The notes under the pieces were generated by a model that saw only the letters and a list, made by a program, of their open reading frames with translations, ran no database searches and was not told the DNA's origin. Shown here piece by piece: positions 12,379 through 25,377 of a stretch of 64,000 bases of DNA. Position 1 is the first letter of the stretch. Each line of letters starts with the position of its first letter. This DNA comes from Porphyridium purpureum (Eukaryota), in NCBI GenBank assembly GCA_008690995.1, contig VRMN01000001.1, positions 248,001 to 312,000 on the forward strand. Direction: 5' to 3'. A program made the position numbers and the translations under genes.

Positions 12379-13249
12379 TGTGGTACAGCTGAGTTTTGCT
12401 GAGGGCCCTGGGATTGGGTTACTCCGAGGTCTCTACTCGCCGAGCAAGCCGTTGCGACGCCGGAAGGCAAGTATAAAACAGAGCCAGCGCCAGCTAAACG
12501 AGAAAAAGCCCAGGGAGAATAAGAGAAAAGCTAGAGGAGGAGAGAGAAAAGTAAAGAAGGAAGCTTCGTTTGTGACAGTCGTACAGTGTGGTAGGAGTCG
12601 AGTTGGTGACCCTTTGCGTTGCTATGCACTGGGCTAAGTCGATACAAACGCAGCTTCAACTTGTGCTCACGACTAGCATCCCGATTAGCTTGGCAAGATA
12701 CCCACAGAGCCTGTTCAGTTGTGTCGCTAGCAAGACAACGCTAGATGAGAAGAGATCCATGATCCGGTTGCTTGTGCACCGTGAAAAATTCGACCAACGA
12801 CAAATCGATGAGATAGTGTTGATTTCCAGAAGTCAAATTGTGGCGAACCCTCTGACCAAGATCACACGCAGCGACATGAAGACGACATTCATGCCCGACG
12901 GAATCTTGCCGGAATAAAAATCGTAGCGAGTTTATTTGTGCAATGACCAAGAAATTTCACCGACTTCTGAACAATATCTGAGACCAGGTATACGTACGAT
13001 CAAAAGAAGCTGGTTTGAAGAAGGACGGCCTTGCCGATGTGCTCCTATCACCATGCCAGTTGTTACTCGTGGGGGCTACTCTGAGGAAAGCACACGACTA
13101 AACCTCTCAATTTTCGGAAGAGCTTGCACCTTGGTAAAGAAAGTGAGAAAAGGAAAGAGAGCCAAGTTTCGTGACTCCGAACTGTACACGCGTGCTCCAA
13201 GTTGTGGTTTGTCTCAGGACTGTCTGTCGCCGAAAATTTTCATCGCCCG

Positions 13250-13485
13250 TATAAATAGCGCGCCCAGTGTATTTACGGATGCGCTCATGTCATGAAGGGA
13301 AGATGAGAGGTAGTAAAAACGTGCGACCGAGACTTTACGGTTAGATTCGAAGTGCGGAACAGGAGAAAGCTCACCCCTTGCTGGATCACTACAGAGCCCT
13401 TGATCAGACGGTTCTCAACCCCATTGTCTCACTCCCACGCCTTTGAAGATATCTTCCGGGACGCAATCCAAAATATATTGTGACG
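13250..13485 (+). repeat. LTR family B fragment
   Basis: Shares ATAAATAGCGCG and the terminal ...CAGACGGT...ACTCCCACGC...ATCTTCCGGGACGCAAT...TATTGYGAC with 59026-59257, and the terminal part with 39225-39391. Confidence 0.7.
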
Positions 13486-14039
13486 TAAGTCCGGAATTGT
13501 GCTCTGTCCTCTGACGTATCTGTTACCGATTTTCCGGTAGACGCCTGGCCGTCGCCACTTGCCAATGTGACAACTTCGACCCATCGGACATTTTCTATTG
13601 CCTCTCGTCCTCCAAACCTCCTGCCTTCTGCCCTGAAAAGAATGCCTCTTTTATTGTGGAAGCGTACCGCTGGCCGCTGGCTTCCGCATCAAATTGAGAC
13701 CTGCGAGGCCCAATGAAAACCCACGCGGCGAAAATAGCGCCTTACTCTCCCCTTGAGACTGCGCACGTCCAGATGCTTATCAGCCTTACAATGAGGCCCA
13801 CCACAGCAATCCCGCCACAATGGATTCGCGCCCGCTCTCGAAAAACTTCTTTGCTCGTTATTTCACTTGCTCCCGTTTCAAACGATGGTATTCCGAGTCT
13901 TTAGAGTCGGTCACCTTCTGCAATAAATGGAGGAGATTATGCTGCCAATCACGTACCGCACTTTGGAAACAAACACATAAAATACGCCGTTTACCTCTCA
14001 CTCACCAAGAGGGAAAATTACGAATACACTCGGTACTTC

Positions 14040-14470
14040 AAAAGAGGGAGGATTGGCTTCTGCCTCGGTCCTCGCTGGTACATATTCGCGCTCTTAGGTG
14101 ACAAAGCCGGGGAAGAGCTCGCTTCAACAAAACTTTATACCTGTTCGTGCCAGCAGCCACATTGACATAGGAGCCGAGGATGGCCGCTTGCTTGGGAAGG
14201 TATGCAGCTCCTGCGTACTGTTCTTGCAGAATGCGATAGGCGACTTCACGCGCGGTTCCTGTGAGAATAGTTCCTTCCTTCAATCATCCGATAATTATGA
14301 ACGAAGGCAAAGAAGCTGTGCGGAGCTGGCAGATGGTTGCAACTTGTACTGATACTCCTTGACTCTTAAAAGCCATTTGGACTTAAAACGTGCGTCGAGC
14401 GCATAATTACGAACCTTGAAACCTTGAGGGGCTGCAGCTTCTCATAACGGATGGTTTTGTGTTTAATGAT
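14040..14470 (-). pseudogene. Decayed coding fragment, probably retrotransposon gag; homologous to 18120-18400
   Basis: Both copies encode REVAYRILQEQY.G and share nucleotide blocks such as AATTAC.AACC.T.AAACCTTGAGG. Confidence 0.5.
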
Positions 14471-14649
14471 GATCAACACAGAAAACTTTGACACGCGCCT
14501 TCGCCGAAACCGTATCGCTTTCAAATATTGCTGTGTTATACTTACGTCATACTCTTCTTTCTTTTTTGATTCGTTTTATTTGCTTTGGTCTACCGCTCTT
14601 CTGATAGGTCCAAAAGTATGACTGCAAGAAGTTGGTGAGTGCATTGTTC

Positions 14650-15540
14650 GGCGTGGGCTTGGTCAAGTCATCCAAGATTTCTCCTTTGGTGCGCGACTTC
14701 AAGACAGTGTCGATCTCCCCCGGACACGTAAACCTTACGCAGCGCCAGCAAGTCTATGACCAACCGCATTTTTGCCGGCAACTTCGTTGTCGTCAAAGCT
14801 TTGAATGAAGACTTACTGCCTTTGCGCACGTGCATATGCGGGTTTACATCCATGCTATGCATTGTCGCTTGAACAATGAGCGCATAGTCAAATTCTTCCA
14901 TGAGTGTCATCAGCTCAGTTGCCAAGATGGACCTTGTGATTTTGTGAGCCTATTTTGATGCCCACGTGACAGCAACCTATTATCTGGCGTCGTCACGTAG
15001 GACTATTATGAAAGGAATCCGGCTTATCAGATCCAGCCCAACGGCAAAGCTCACGTCCGCAAAAAAATACTAGCCGCTGCCACCAGCCGAGCCTAGGGAT
15101 TTTTAACCCTCAGTCCCCCTCGCTCATCGTGTCGCAAAACTTCCTTTGCAATTGCTTTACATGCTCAGTGGAAAAGGATTCTTCAATTGCTCGCATGGGC
15201 ATGGCTAACACGAATATCAAGGCTGGCTCTGTCCCAGTCGATAGCCCTGTCAGTTTGTCACGGAAGGCAATCAGTTTCGCAAAGGGTCCAGGTATCTTGC
15301 AGCTCAACACCTGAGCAGCAAATGTCGCTTGGTCCACGGACAAAGTCATGTTCCCTGTCCGAATTTTTGCACCGGCAAAGTTTAGCCTTCCACCTTTTCT
15401 CACAAGCTTTTGCGTTTTCATTTCAAAGATGCTTCCGAGATGAACAAAGATATTCCCGAAGTGTTTGCTTACTGCACAGATGATATCGTCGATCTATACA
15501 CCAAGCCATCCATGATTTGAGCGGGGGAAAAGGCAAATAC
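14650..15540 (-). pseudogene. Ty1/copia RT-RNase H remnant
   Basis: Fragments LNFAGAKI, ELMTLMEEFDYAL and KMRLVIDLLALRK, with stops and frameshifts. Confidence 0.7.
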
Positions 15541-16724
15541 GTAGAGGGCGCTGCCGTGAGGCCCGGACTTGCAGTACGCAGGAACGCGTCTTAATACGTG
15601 GACGCGTCTACGAGTCCAAACAATGGCTTCAACAATCTCCATAAGCTTTTTTTTGTCTGTGGCTTTTACTCCGTGTGGGATACGACATAGACTTCGGGGG
15701 CGACCGGAGAATTGCTCTGTAGAAGAGTCGGCACAACGATCAAGATTCTAACTTTTAAGTAAGAGTCTACCGCATTAGAGAAGAACGCATTAGTGACATG
15801 GTCCGCACAGTCGGCGCTTTTGGCACCTACAAGTAGGTATCACAAACTAAATGTCCTAAAACGGAAAGTCCTACCTTCTGCATTCTGCCTTCTAGGGCTT
15901 CCGTAGTTTAGCTGACGCTTTTGATGTGCAGTGCGTTGCTACTAACTGAAGCGTCGTGCTCTTGTATTCCGTTGAGCACAGATTGGCTCTTGAGTCCTTG
16001 CAGCTGTAACTTCTTGCTAATTTATGAGTCTCAGTCGCATGCACATCCCGGAAATATGTTGGGTTAACGTCAGCTCGCATGGGGCTGACTATGCTTTCAC
16101 GAAATGGCCTGATGCTTTCCATGCTTCAAGGTGTGAGAGGTTCTCGTCGGTGAATGCTCAGCTGTCATGATCTTGCTGTACGTGATAGGTGTGAGCTTGA
16201 TTAGAGCCGTCCGGAGCTAGCGTGCGCTGCGTAAGAGAGTTGCGCAGCCGTTACGATGCGCCTTTCTCCCGTAGCCCCGCCGAAGAAGAACTTTTAACCC
16301 AAGCTGAATGACCTTGTCGGCCTCCCTTTTCTGTTCTTTGCTGATTGCCGTCTGAGGTGGCCAACAATATCCGCACTTACCCTACCCTCGACTCAAGTTG
16401 AAAAACATCGCTCTCATGCGTGCCTGGTAGGTTCTCACGTCGCCCGGAGTCTAATCTGTAAGGCGCCTGCTCAATCTTTCATACCCCTCGAGATAAATAG
16501 CCTTCGCCTAATTTAGACCAAGTATTAAACGCCCCGTGAAGACGAAGGGTGGACTTTCTTTCCACGGTTGAAGTCACCAATAGCATATCCTTGTCCGATT
16601 TACACATACTTTCAACGCAGGAGGTAGTCATAGTACTTCTCATGCTTGCCTAAAGTATAACAGCTCCACATTTTAGGAACCTCACGAATAACTAGACTTG
16701 TGGCCAAAATGGTTGTCCTACATA

Positions 16725-17856
16725 CAGTTTTAATAACTGAACTCTACTTTTATGGGGAAAGAGGACGCTTTCATAGAAAGCCATTTTTGAAACCATACGT
16801 AATATATCTTTGTTCATTAAGTCAGAAGAAAACCTACGCTTTTGTGGGTCTCTATTGAGCCATGAAAGGGTTCAGGACGCATAAATGCTCTTCAACGCAT
16901 CTGCTTGATTCGGATATACCATCGTGGCCATATTCCAGCAGCTGCAAGAATCAGAAATATGGCGCCACGACTCTCCGACTTTGAAAATGGACACCGTGAC
17001 GATCTGCGCCGGCCAAGCCTGACGTCGCGGGCCATTGTAGTACGTCCTCATCCGCACACATAGACAAAATTCGACAATCAGAAAAGACTGCGGAACGATT
17101 TCTAAAGTATGGAGGGAAGAAAGGAGTTTTCAAGAAGCACGGACCGGCACTGACAGCCTCGCCGACATTAGAGCGTCGCCTTATTCGATACAAGATTACG
17201 GATAGGTGTATATCTGCACATCCAGTGAGGGAGCTGTGCGCAGTGCCAGGACTGTTTGTCGTATCCTGTGGAAGTCTACTCAAATTCATTTCAGCTCGCA
17301 CAGGCGAAATTTCTTCATTTTGGAACAGGACCTATTCAAGCATCTTGCATTTGTTCGAGAATACGTTCACAATCCACTATGTTTTTGGACGAATGTCATC
17401 TCGGACAAAAAGATCTTTCGACTCGACGGGCCGCACGGGTATAACTAGCCTTACCAGCAAACACGAAGCCTCGAGCCTGCGCTACCATACGTCGCCATAG
17501 CAGCGAAGGATCAGCGATGTTTTTGGATACCGTGTTGTGGCGCGGACTGAGCGCGCTCCATCGTATTTAAGGTTCGCTGACTGTCAAGCGATATCAGCAC
17601 GTCATGCTGAACGTCATGGTGCCTTGCACACTGGAACTACCTTGGCGCCTTGACCGGCTGAAGTCCTCATTCGTAATTCAGCAAGACAATGAAAGTGGAC
17701 AGGCAGTGCTGACTCGTGGATAGAAGCAGCGCCAAACGTATATTGAGACTCTTATCGAAAATATGCCCCGTCGCCTGCAAGCGTGCATCGACACAATTCT
17801 ACATGTCCTTTCCTCAATTCTGGGAATGAATCTAGATGATCTTTCTCAATGCACTG
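16725..17856 (+). mobile_element. Highly decayed second Tc1-like element
   Basis: Fragments FWTNVISDKKIFRLDGPHG, QQDNE and IETLIENMPRRLQACID; right end GCACTG|TA and candidate left end TA|CAGT. Confidence 0.65.
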
Positions 17857-18119
17857 TACCGTTAGGAATGGTAAGCACGACCCTTATAACAAGCGAGGAG
17901 TTGGATATCTTAGGCTGTTAGAATACTACATAAGACCCACTGTCGACGGCGGCGCCGGTAAATTGGAGGAAGAAGAAGAAGTTCTGTGTGTATGTCTGGA
18001 TAGGTATGGCTTCGAGCCCAAAGGCTTCGCGGAGAAGGCGTTTTATTTGGTGCTTGGTTCGTGCAGGATATGGAGGAAAGTCTGCCTAGACCTTGCTGCT
18101 GGTAAGAAAACCGGATCCT

Positions 18120-18400
18120 GGTAGAGGTATTCCTATCCTTTGTACTGCTCTTGCAAGATACGGTAGGCTACTTCACGTAGGGTACTTGCAGGGATAATTC
18201 CTTCTCCAAATCAACCATGCCGTTTTGTGAAGACAATGAAACTCCGCAAAGTTGGCACACAGTTGCGATTTATACAGGCGTTTCTCGGCTGGTGAGATTT
18301 TCGCTGGACTCAGAAAGTGCGCCGAATGCATTAATTACAAACCCTCAAACCTTGAGGAATGCAATTCATCAATTGCCGGTTTTTTATTCTGTATAGTTCC
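18120..18400 (-). pseudogene. Second copy of the decayed gag-like fragment at 14040-14470
   Basis: Encodes GIIPASTLREVAYRILQEQYKG. Confidence 0.5.
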
Positions 18401-19279
18401 GATTTCTTTAAGCGTTTTCTTTTTCTTGCTTCCGCTATCCTTCACTTCTTGGCTCTCCAATGTGGTCGCGTCAAACACCGCCACCCCTACATATGTACTC
18501 GAGGTTCAAAAATGCCGTGTGATTGACCGAAGTTGCTTATGCAACCACATCTAGGCGAGAGCGCGCTTTCATTACCACTCAATGCTGGGAAACTTTAGGT
18601 GGCGCATAGGGACTAGGTCTGACCCTTTCAGGGCTCCTGAGGTCATGCCAAATTAAGTCACGCATTCTATACATTCGAGGATGAATGCCACTAAAAGCCT
18701 GATAGGCGCCTTTTCGGTGAAACCATACCGCGTCAATAGCTCGTGGCCTTCCTTAAATCACAAGAAGAGTTGATGCCATAACTTTGGAAGCAAAAGCAGT
18801 GTGTAAGAGATTCCTGAAGCTGTAAGTGAACAAAGCCACCCTGTGCCTGGGCCTGTGCATGCAGAGGCGCAAATCTTGACGTGACAATCAGCAGGTCCCA
18901 TCCAGACTAGGGCGCAAGAACCCTCTTTGCACCGTTGGCAGTGCATTGCGTCCCGTCCAGGCTGCCATGGGAACGCTATCTGGGACATGCACGTCCGTCC
19001 TTCCAATACGCATGGTCCTCTCCTCACCTGCAGGGCTCGCCGCAATGTGTAAAGATTGCCTGACCTCCTACGACAGCTTTCGTCAAACTCCACTGAATCA
19101 GCAATGTGCTACACAAAGAAAATCTTTCAGTACCTGCTCAAATAATAATGGCGATCATCTGCAGTCCCACGGCTTCCAAAGCTCTGTCATGCATGCTCAG
19201 CCTTTGTGTTGCGAACCGATGGCTCCAATTACTCTGGCTGATGTGAGAGGGTACATTCGCTTTTTCGCAAGGAGGTTTG

Positions 19280-22200
19280 GGAAACAGTCATGGGGGGAAG
19301 AAAAGTTCGGTTACGCCAGAAGTAACAGTGTCGAATGCGTCGTGGTCAGCATTCCGAGATGCACCGTTTGATACGGTGAAAGATCAGAAGGCCCACAGCT
19401 TGATGGAATCAATGGTCAATGAGACATTGATGCACGTTGTAGCCGACTCGGAAACAGTGGCGGAAGCATGGATGAGCCTCGAGAAAAAGGCAAAATGGGC
19501 CGCACCAGTTTACGAGCGTGAGCTCTGGAAACGAATTGCAAACTTTGGTCAAAACAGTGGTACGCCGGTTGGGGATTGACTCGGCATCATGGTAGCGTTG
19601 CGCAGAGAGCTACGTTTGTTGTTGTGTGAAATTATCCAATGCAGAGTACGCGCAAGCATTATTTGAATCACTGCCTGGTGAGTTTGCAGCCACAGAGCAA
19701 GCCTGGATATTTGCCGTCGAAAAGGCAAGCATGGAGTACTCGCACGCCATGTTGCCCGCTGTGGAAAGGCAGATGATGCGACACGCGAACACAACCGTCG
19801 AGGGTGCAGCATTGTTGACTGGCGTGTAAGAAAACATGGACAACCGCAGATTTTCTTGCAGGTCGGCACCAGTATGCACGGTATTCCACGGAACAAGCTG
19901 GCAATGGGGGCGCGAGGGTCATAGCAGGCGAATCTACCCATAGAAGACGGTCAGGCGTGGATATCCAGCAGATGGCTCCTACTCTGACGAAAGCTGCGGG
20001 GCACCTTCGTTCGCACTTACAACAAAATCGCACGCTGACGTCGCCCGCTCGCCTGCGCTCACCAAGATGAAGCTGTGCAGGTCAAAGATCGCTGACGCTC
20101 CCTACATGACTACCTTGAGGTAGTCACAGCGTATGACCGCCAGTCGAAACCTTCTGTTGAATATAAAAACCAATTCAAAAAAAAAAAAAAAAATACGTGT
20201 AGAAGACCGAGAAGTGTCGGCTTCAACATTAAAGGACGCATGGGTTTCTATTTCTTTCTTTCGAATGTATTCTTTGTCCGTGGGCTCACGTATAGTCTCA
20301 TATCTGTTTTCGCGTTCACATCCGAAAGAGCAAATTAAGCTTCAAGTATGATGTTTGCCGTGTCAAAAGCAAATGTGGCAACCGGAAACTGAAAAGATAG
20401 TTGTAAAGTAGGTTGCAAGCGTTTTGTTCGAGTCCTGCTTAGGCCCGCGCAAAGCTTGAGTACCAGAGATAATACCATCCGTTTGATGACTCGGTTTGCG
20501 ACGCTTGCAGGACGTCGAAGGCCGCATAACGCAGCTATGCGGCATGAAAAGAGTGAGCAGAGAACCCTCTTGAACTCGTTTATTCAGAACTGCACACGAA
20601 TGCACCAAAAGGATTCAGGGGCGAACGATATGTGGCAGCGTTACTGGATGATTTGACGGGGCTAGCTAATTGCTTCCCGATACGACACAAAAGTAAAACG
20701 ATGAACGCATTGAAGAGTCTTGCGCGCGCAATGAACGATATGTGTGTGCACAGTGTGCATACGCTCTGCGCGGACAAAGGCAGTGAAAATGTCAATGCAA
20801 CGACTCGAGCGTGGGCCAAGACAGCAGGCGAAAGACTAGAATCCGGACCTGCGTTCGTGCCGGAAATGAATGGATGCGGGGAGCGATTCAATCGACTAGT
20901 GCTGAAGCGAGTCCATGCGTCCTGATTGGGTGAGAAGGTGGACAAGAATATATAGCCGGAGTAGGTAAAAATAGTCTGTCTTTTTCAAAACCGAAGCTCT
21001 AATGTGCGAGGGATAGCCCTTGTAGCTGCCTATGGAGAATCGGGTGATTCGGACCATGCATAGTACTTGGTTTTCGTGCATAAGGTTCAGGGCGGGGTCA
21101 GATAGACTGGACGCCCGAGCGAGCACAGGTATTGTTGTCGACTGCGGCGGAAGACATAAGGTGTGTAGGTGCCTGATGTATGAAAAACACGCCGTTTTCG
21201 AGGCAACAAAAGTAAGAATCATTAAGGAAGTTCGGGAATACGAGGTAGGGGTCACACGCACCGAGCCGGCAACGGAGACCGTGCTTGTACGCAACAAACG
21301 GCTAAATCATCTTGGACTACCGCAAGAGTCCGACAAGAGAAAACCTGAATACACCTTTTTGACCAGCGAGCGCGTCCAAGCCTTGACAAACGAGCATGCC
21401 TTGACTCTTGACGAAGACGAGGCAATGGCCATATCGCCCCTCTCTCACTAGTGGGACTTCGAAAAGCCGTCGAACAGAATGACCTGCATGAAATGCCACC
21501 GATGGAGATTGTCAAGCGAGCAAATGCTCTCGGGCTCACCAAAAACAACTTCCGCGGCATGCAGTACATGGATGAGAACGAAGGAAACGCCGGAGTATAA
21601 GGGTAGGCAATGTGAGCGAAGAGTAAGGATCGATGCAAGTGGCGCCACCACAGCGTCAGCGTGAAGAATACTCCAGGTTTATCCCATGGCTACTGAAGAA
21701 GACATAAATATCTATGTCAAGCCAACGGGGACAGGATCGTGCAAGGTTTTCACTCCACGTCGTTGACGGAATACAGACGGGACGGACCGAAGCGATTGAG
21801 AAAGAACTTGAGTGTTTTGGGCGAATCTTTCCCATGTACGAGCATGTAAGCCTTTTGTCGCGCTGCAAAGCTCAATTTCTTGGTCACCGCATTTTATGAG
21901 AAGAGGGAGATGTCTCAATCGACAACATTAAATACGCGGAGCTTATTGATAGAGCAAACGAGGCGCGAGAGGGGAACGCAGTTCGCGCCCGCAAGACGCC
22001 TGCGACATTGGCCGACAAATCCACCATGGCGCCTCCCATGAACAAATGGACGAATCAGTTGGACGTCGTCCGTCAGCTACTTTGGTTGAACAGAACAACG
22101 CGTCCTGACATCAGCCAGGCCACACTGCCGGTCGCGGAACGTGCGGTGCGGTGGAATGCGACGACCGACGATATGCTGAAGCAGATCATCGGATACCTAG

Positions 22201-23393
22201 GTGCGAAAGCGCAGTCAAGGATCCAGTATGGAACCTCAACCAGTCAAGGCTAGGAATCAAAATCACAAGGTACTATTTGCTGACGCAGACCACACAGGGT
22301 GCCCGATTACGGCTCGCTCTGCGAGCGGATGGTGTGCTTTTTTTGTAGACGGGACGCAACGCTGGCTTGTTGAGTGGTCGTCCAGAAAGCAGAAGTGTGC
22401 GGCGCCGAGCACGACGGATGCAGAAGTGGTTGTACTTGTGGACGGAATTGACCGTGGTATGATCCCACTTCGCGATGCTGTGGAAGCCATGACGGGCTCA
22501 GTACCCCGAGCAGCAGCACTTGTGGACAGCGAAGCGGCCAAAGCTGCGTTGAAATAGGGCTACTCTGGGCGCCTCACCGCCGTGAGCAAGTACCACGGCA
22601 TTCGATGAAGTCGATTGCACGATTTCTTTCAGGACGAGTGAACCGCCCTGTAGAGAGTCGCGTCACATGCAAACTCAGCTGCCATGTTCACGAAGGCACT
22701 TTCGGCAGATGTTTCTATCGGCACGCGTGGAGCCTGCAGTGGGCCGAAAAATACTCCGGCGAGCAGGAATGTTGGAAAGCCGCGCATCGCGCCTTGACGT
22801 CGCTAAAAAGGCTTAACAATGCAAAGTATCGCCAGGCGCAACTAGACAACCCACGAAAGAACCAAAGGATCGCCTTCGAGAAAGCACTGTTTGGTCCTCG
22901 CGAGGAGGGGCCGTGTGAAGAGAACTTTGAAATCCTTGCGACGGGCTCAAGGATTACTCGTAAGGGCGCCACATTTGTGGCCGTAAGAACCCGAGGGGCC
23001 GCCGCAAAAGGGAACACCAAACCGACAACCGGTACGCGCATCGAACCACCACATGCACATGCACCCCAAGCTGCAGCCCGCCTCAGCCCAGAGGGCGCGA
23101 GGCCGTTATACAAAAGTGGCGCTTGTCTACGCTACGAGGTACAGATCAAACAAGAGTTGGCCTGTGAAGGTACCCTTGGGCATCGAAAAATCCTGATCTC
23201 TAGGTATAATGACGCACATCATGGCACTCGTTTATTCTCACACTCACAGCTATAACGCTGTTTCATAGCTTTGTCTTTGCTACTTTCCTGCTGCTTTCTT
23301 CTCTCTCCCGCCGCTCCGCTCAAAGGAAAACCTGTGCGCGCTATGTGTTAATGCGTATGCTGAGTGTTCCAAGTGCTTCACACGCGCGCAACA
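19280..23393 (+). mobile_element. Decayed Ty1/copia element (gag, integrase, RT, RNase H, 3' LTR 22770-23393)
   Basis: Integrase DDLTG...DKGSE...PEMNGCGERFNR; RT TRPDISQA; RNase H FADADHTG...WSSRKQ...STTDAE; purine-rich tract followed by a TGTTG...CAACA LTR. No matching 5' LTR seen. Confidence 0.85.
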
Positions 23394-25377
23394 GGTTTTG
23401 ACGACTTGTGTGCTTGTGACTTTCAGACATCACAGGTGGAGTTAGAGTCGGAGTTTGAAAACATCCTTGTGCGATTTCTGCGAGTGGTTTATGCCTTCTG
23501 CAAGGATTACAAGATGCATCTGCAAAGAGATTTTTCGGACAGTGCGCTGCGCGCCACAAGAAGTGTTACTTCTGGCTTGAATGCTTAGCATTTGCGCGGC
23601 ATCTTATGGAATCCCCTGAGCATTCGAGTGTTCCGCACGAGTTCTCCTTCTCGAAGATTGTTTGCCTGGAGTAACTCCGGAGACCAAGAAGGGTATGGAA
23701 ATTTTGGCATGCACGGGTCGGAGCCGCGAAGCGAGCACGTAAAAGCTGACAAGGAGGCTGCGGAGTTAGCTGGTGGTTATTTAGTCAGTATAACTAGCTT
23801 AAGATAGTAACAATATTCAAAATCAAAGAAAAGCGCTTCCTCCTTCCGTTCCATACGTCACGCCGACGCAAAAATGGCGAACAATGAGCGCGGCTGAGCG
23901 CTGATAGCCTTGAACGGATTTTTCTTGCGGTATCCTTTCTTCATTTTGATAGTGGAAAAGGCAAAAGGCGCTGGTATACTCGTGACGGATGAATGCGGTA
24001 ATTGGTACGCAAAAGTCTGCTTGGTTTCCTCAATGAACGTGTTTTATGCTGTTCGGATGCTCCCCTGTCACAAAAACCGGTTTTTACGGGGTTCTGTACC
24101 CCGGAGAGACCGCGAAGGCGTAGGGAAGAACTGCTACACGTCAGGCAGTGGGCCCGCCACCACGGACGTGAGGTCGGTCTGCAGGAGGTGATCTTTAGGA
24201 TCCCTTGCTGCTTATGAGGACAGCAAACCCTTTTAACTAAATGTTTTTCACTACGCTCATCTCTGGTCCTCCTTTTTCTCCCGTCATTAGCTTGCGGGAG
24301 ACGGGGTCCAATTTATATACTTCGCACGAAGTGACCGCTGTACGCCGGGCTGGCGTGGGACGAGATCCTGCATGAGAACGATCTTGCGAGGCTCGGCATA
24401 ATCCCGTGCCTGTCGACAGCCCGGAGAAGCGATGCGAAGTGCATCTCTTAGTACAGTGGCTTGGAAGAGTGAACTTTCTGACATCCCCTTGGCTGAAAGG
24501 TGGCAAAAGGACTAGATAATGGTGCTGACTCATGCGCTTGTATAGCCGCAGCGCCAGGCAAGACGGAGAGGCTCAGTTTAAAGAAGAAGCTCGTGTGAGC
24601 ATCAGAGCCACTCGCTGTGTGCACGTATTCACCATGAAAGGAAATAAAAGGAACCCGAAAACGAAAACGAAACGGAGATTGGAGTCCATTCGGAGTTACA
24701 CCGTAAGCGAATCTTCCAGCTCGCCAGAGTCGGCGTCCTCTGCGTGCTCCGGGACTTCCGAATCCGGAAATACGACTTCAGCCGTCGACAAACCGGACCT
24801 TTCCGTCACACAACCTGTGGTCGCGTTCGGTCGGTGTTAGCTTAGATCCTTACGTTGCTTAGTAAAAAAAAAGCACGCCGTTGTTGACTAGGTTGACTAC
24901 GTGCTCTGAGTAACGGTGAGAAGCGCTGAGCACAGGAATGCGGGTCGGCGGGCGCGGAAACGAGTGAAGGAATGGGTGAGAGGAAGAGCAGGGTGGAGCA
25001 GGAGCGAGTGCAAAAGCCGGCGAGAGCGAATTGGGTTGTGAGAATTCACCCCACCACGAGTAAATGGGCAGTACACTGCACATCCGCTTTGAAAGGCATG
25101 TCAATCTGGCTTTTCTGTGGTGCATAGACGTACAAGTATAGAAAATGTGGAGTAGAGATGGATCGTGACATCATCCACCGCACATTTAAGGTGCTAAAAA
25201 TTTCAGTCCGAAGAGTTGGACGCTAGCCCTTCCAGAGCCCTGTCGTTCAGCTGCCCCGAGCATCAGCAGCCTCAAGGTTGTGATGATGATGCCTTGGCAG
25301 CCTTTTCCGGTTTTGAATTTTTTCTCCCTTCTGGGTTTCGTGAGGCAGAGGACATCTGATAAGCAACGAGCTACGTG

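Larger units (their letters stand above)
10537..12577. repeat. LTR-like element (about 270 bp net) that hosts a solo LTR and a Tc1 element
   Basis: Ends TGTCGC...GTGACA; flanks GTCA/GTCG; TATAAAA at about 12472. Removing it restores the copia RNase H frame. Confidence 0.6.
8790..12870 (+). mobile_element. Decayed Ty1/copia retrotransposon interrupted by a nested insertion at 10537-12577
   Basis: PBS-like TGGTAGCAG at about 8790. RT motifs LYGLQESGTYWY and VDDII (9740-10297). RNase H AFGDASYA...SQTG on the left of the nest continues as SVVGVEL...EKRSMI...ANPLTK on the right. Confidence 0.75.

Noticed and set aside
20177..20193. Poly-A tail of a LINE or SINE insertion
   Set aside because: No TSD or element body; simply an A-run inside a decayed copia element.
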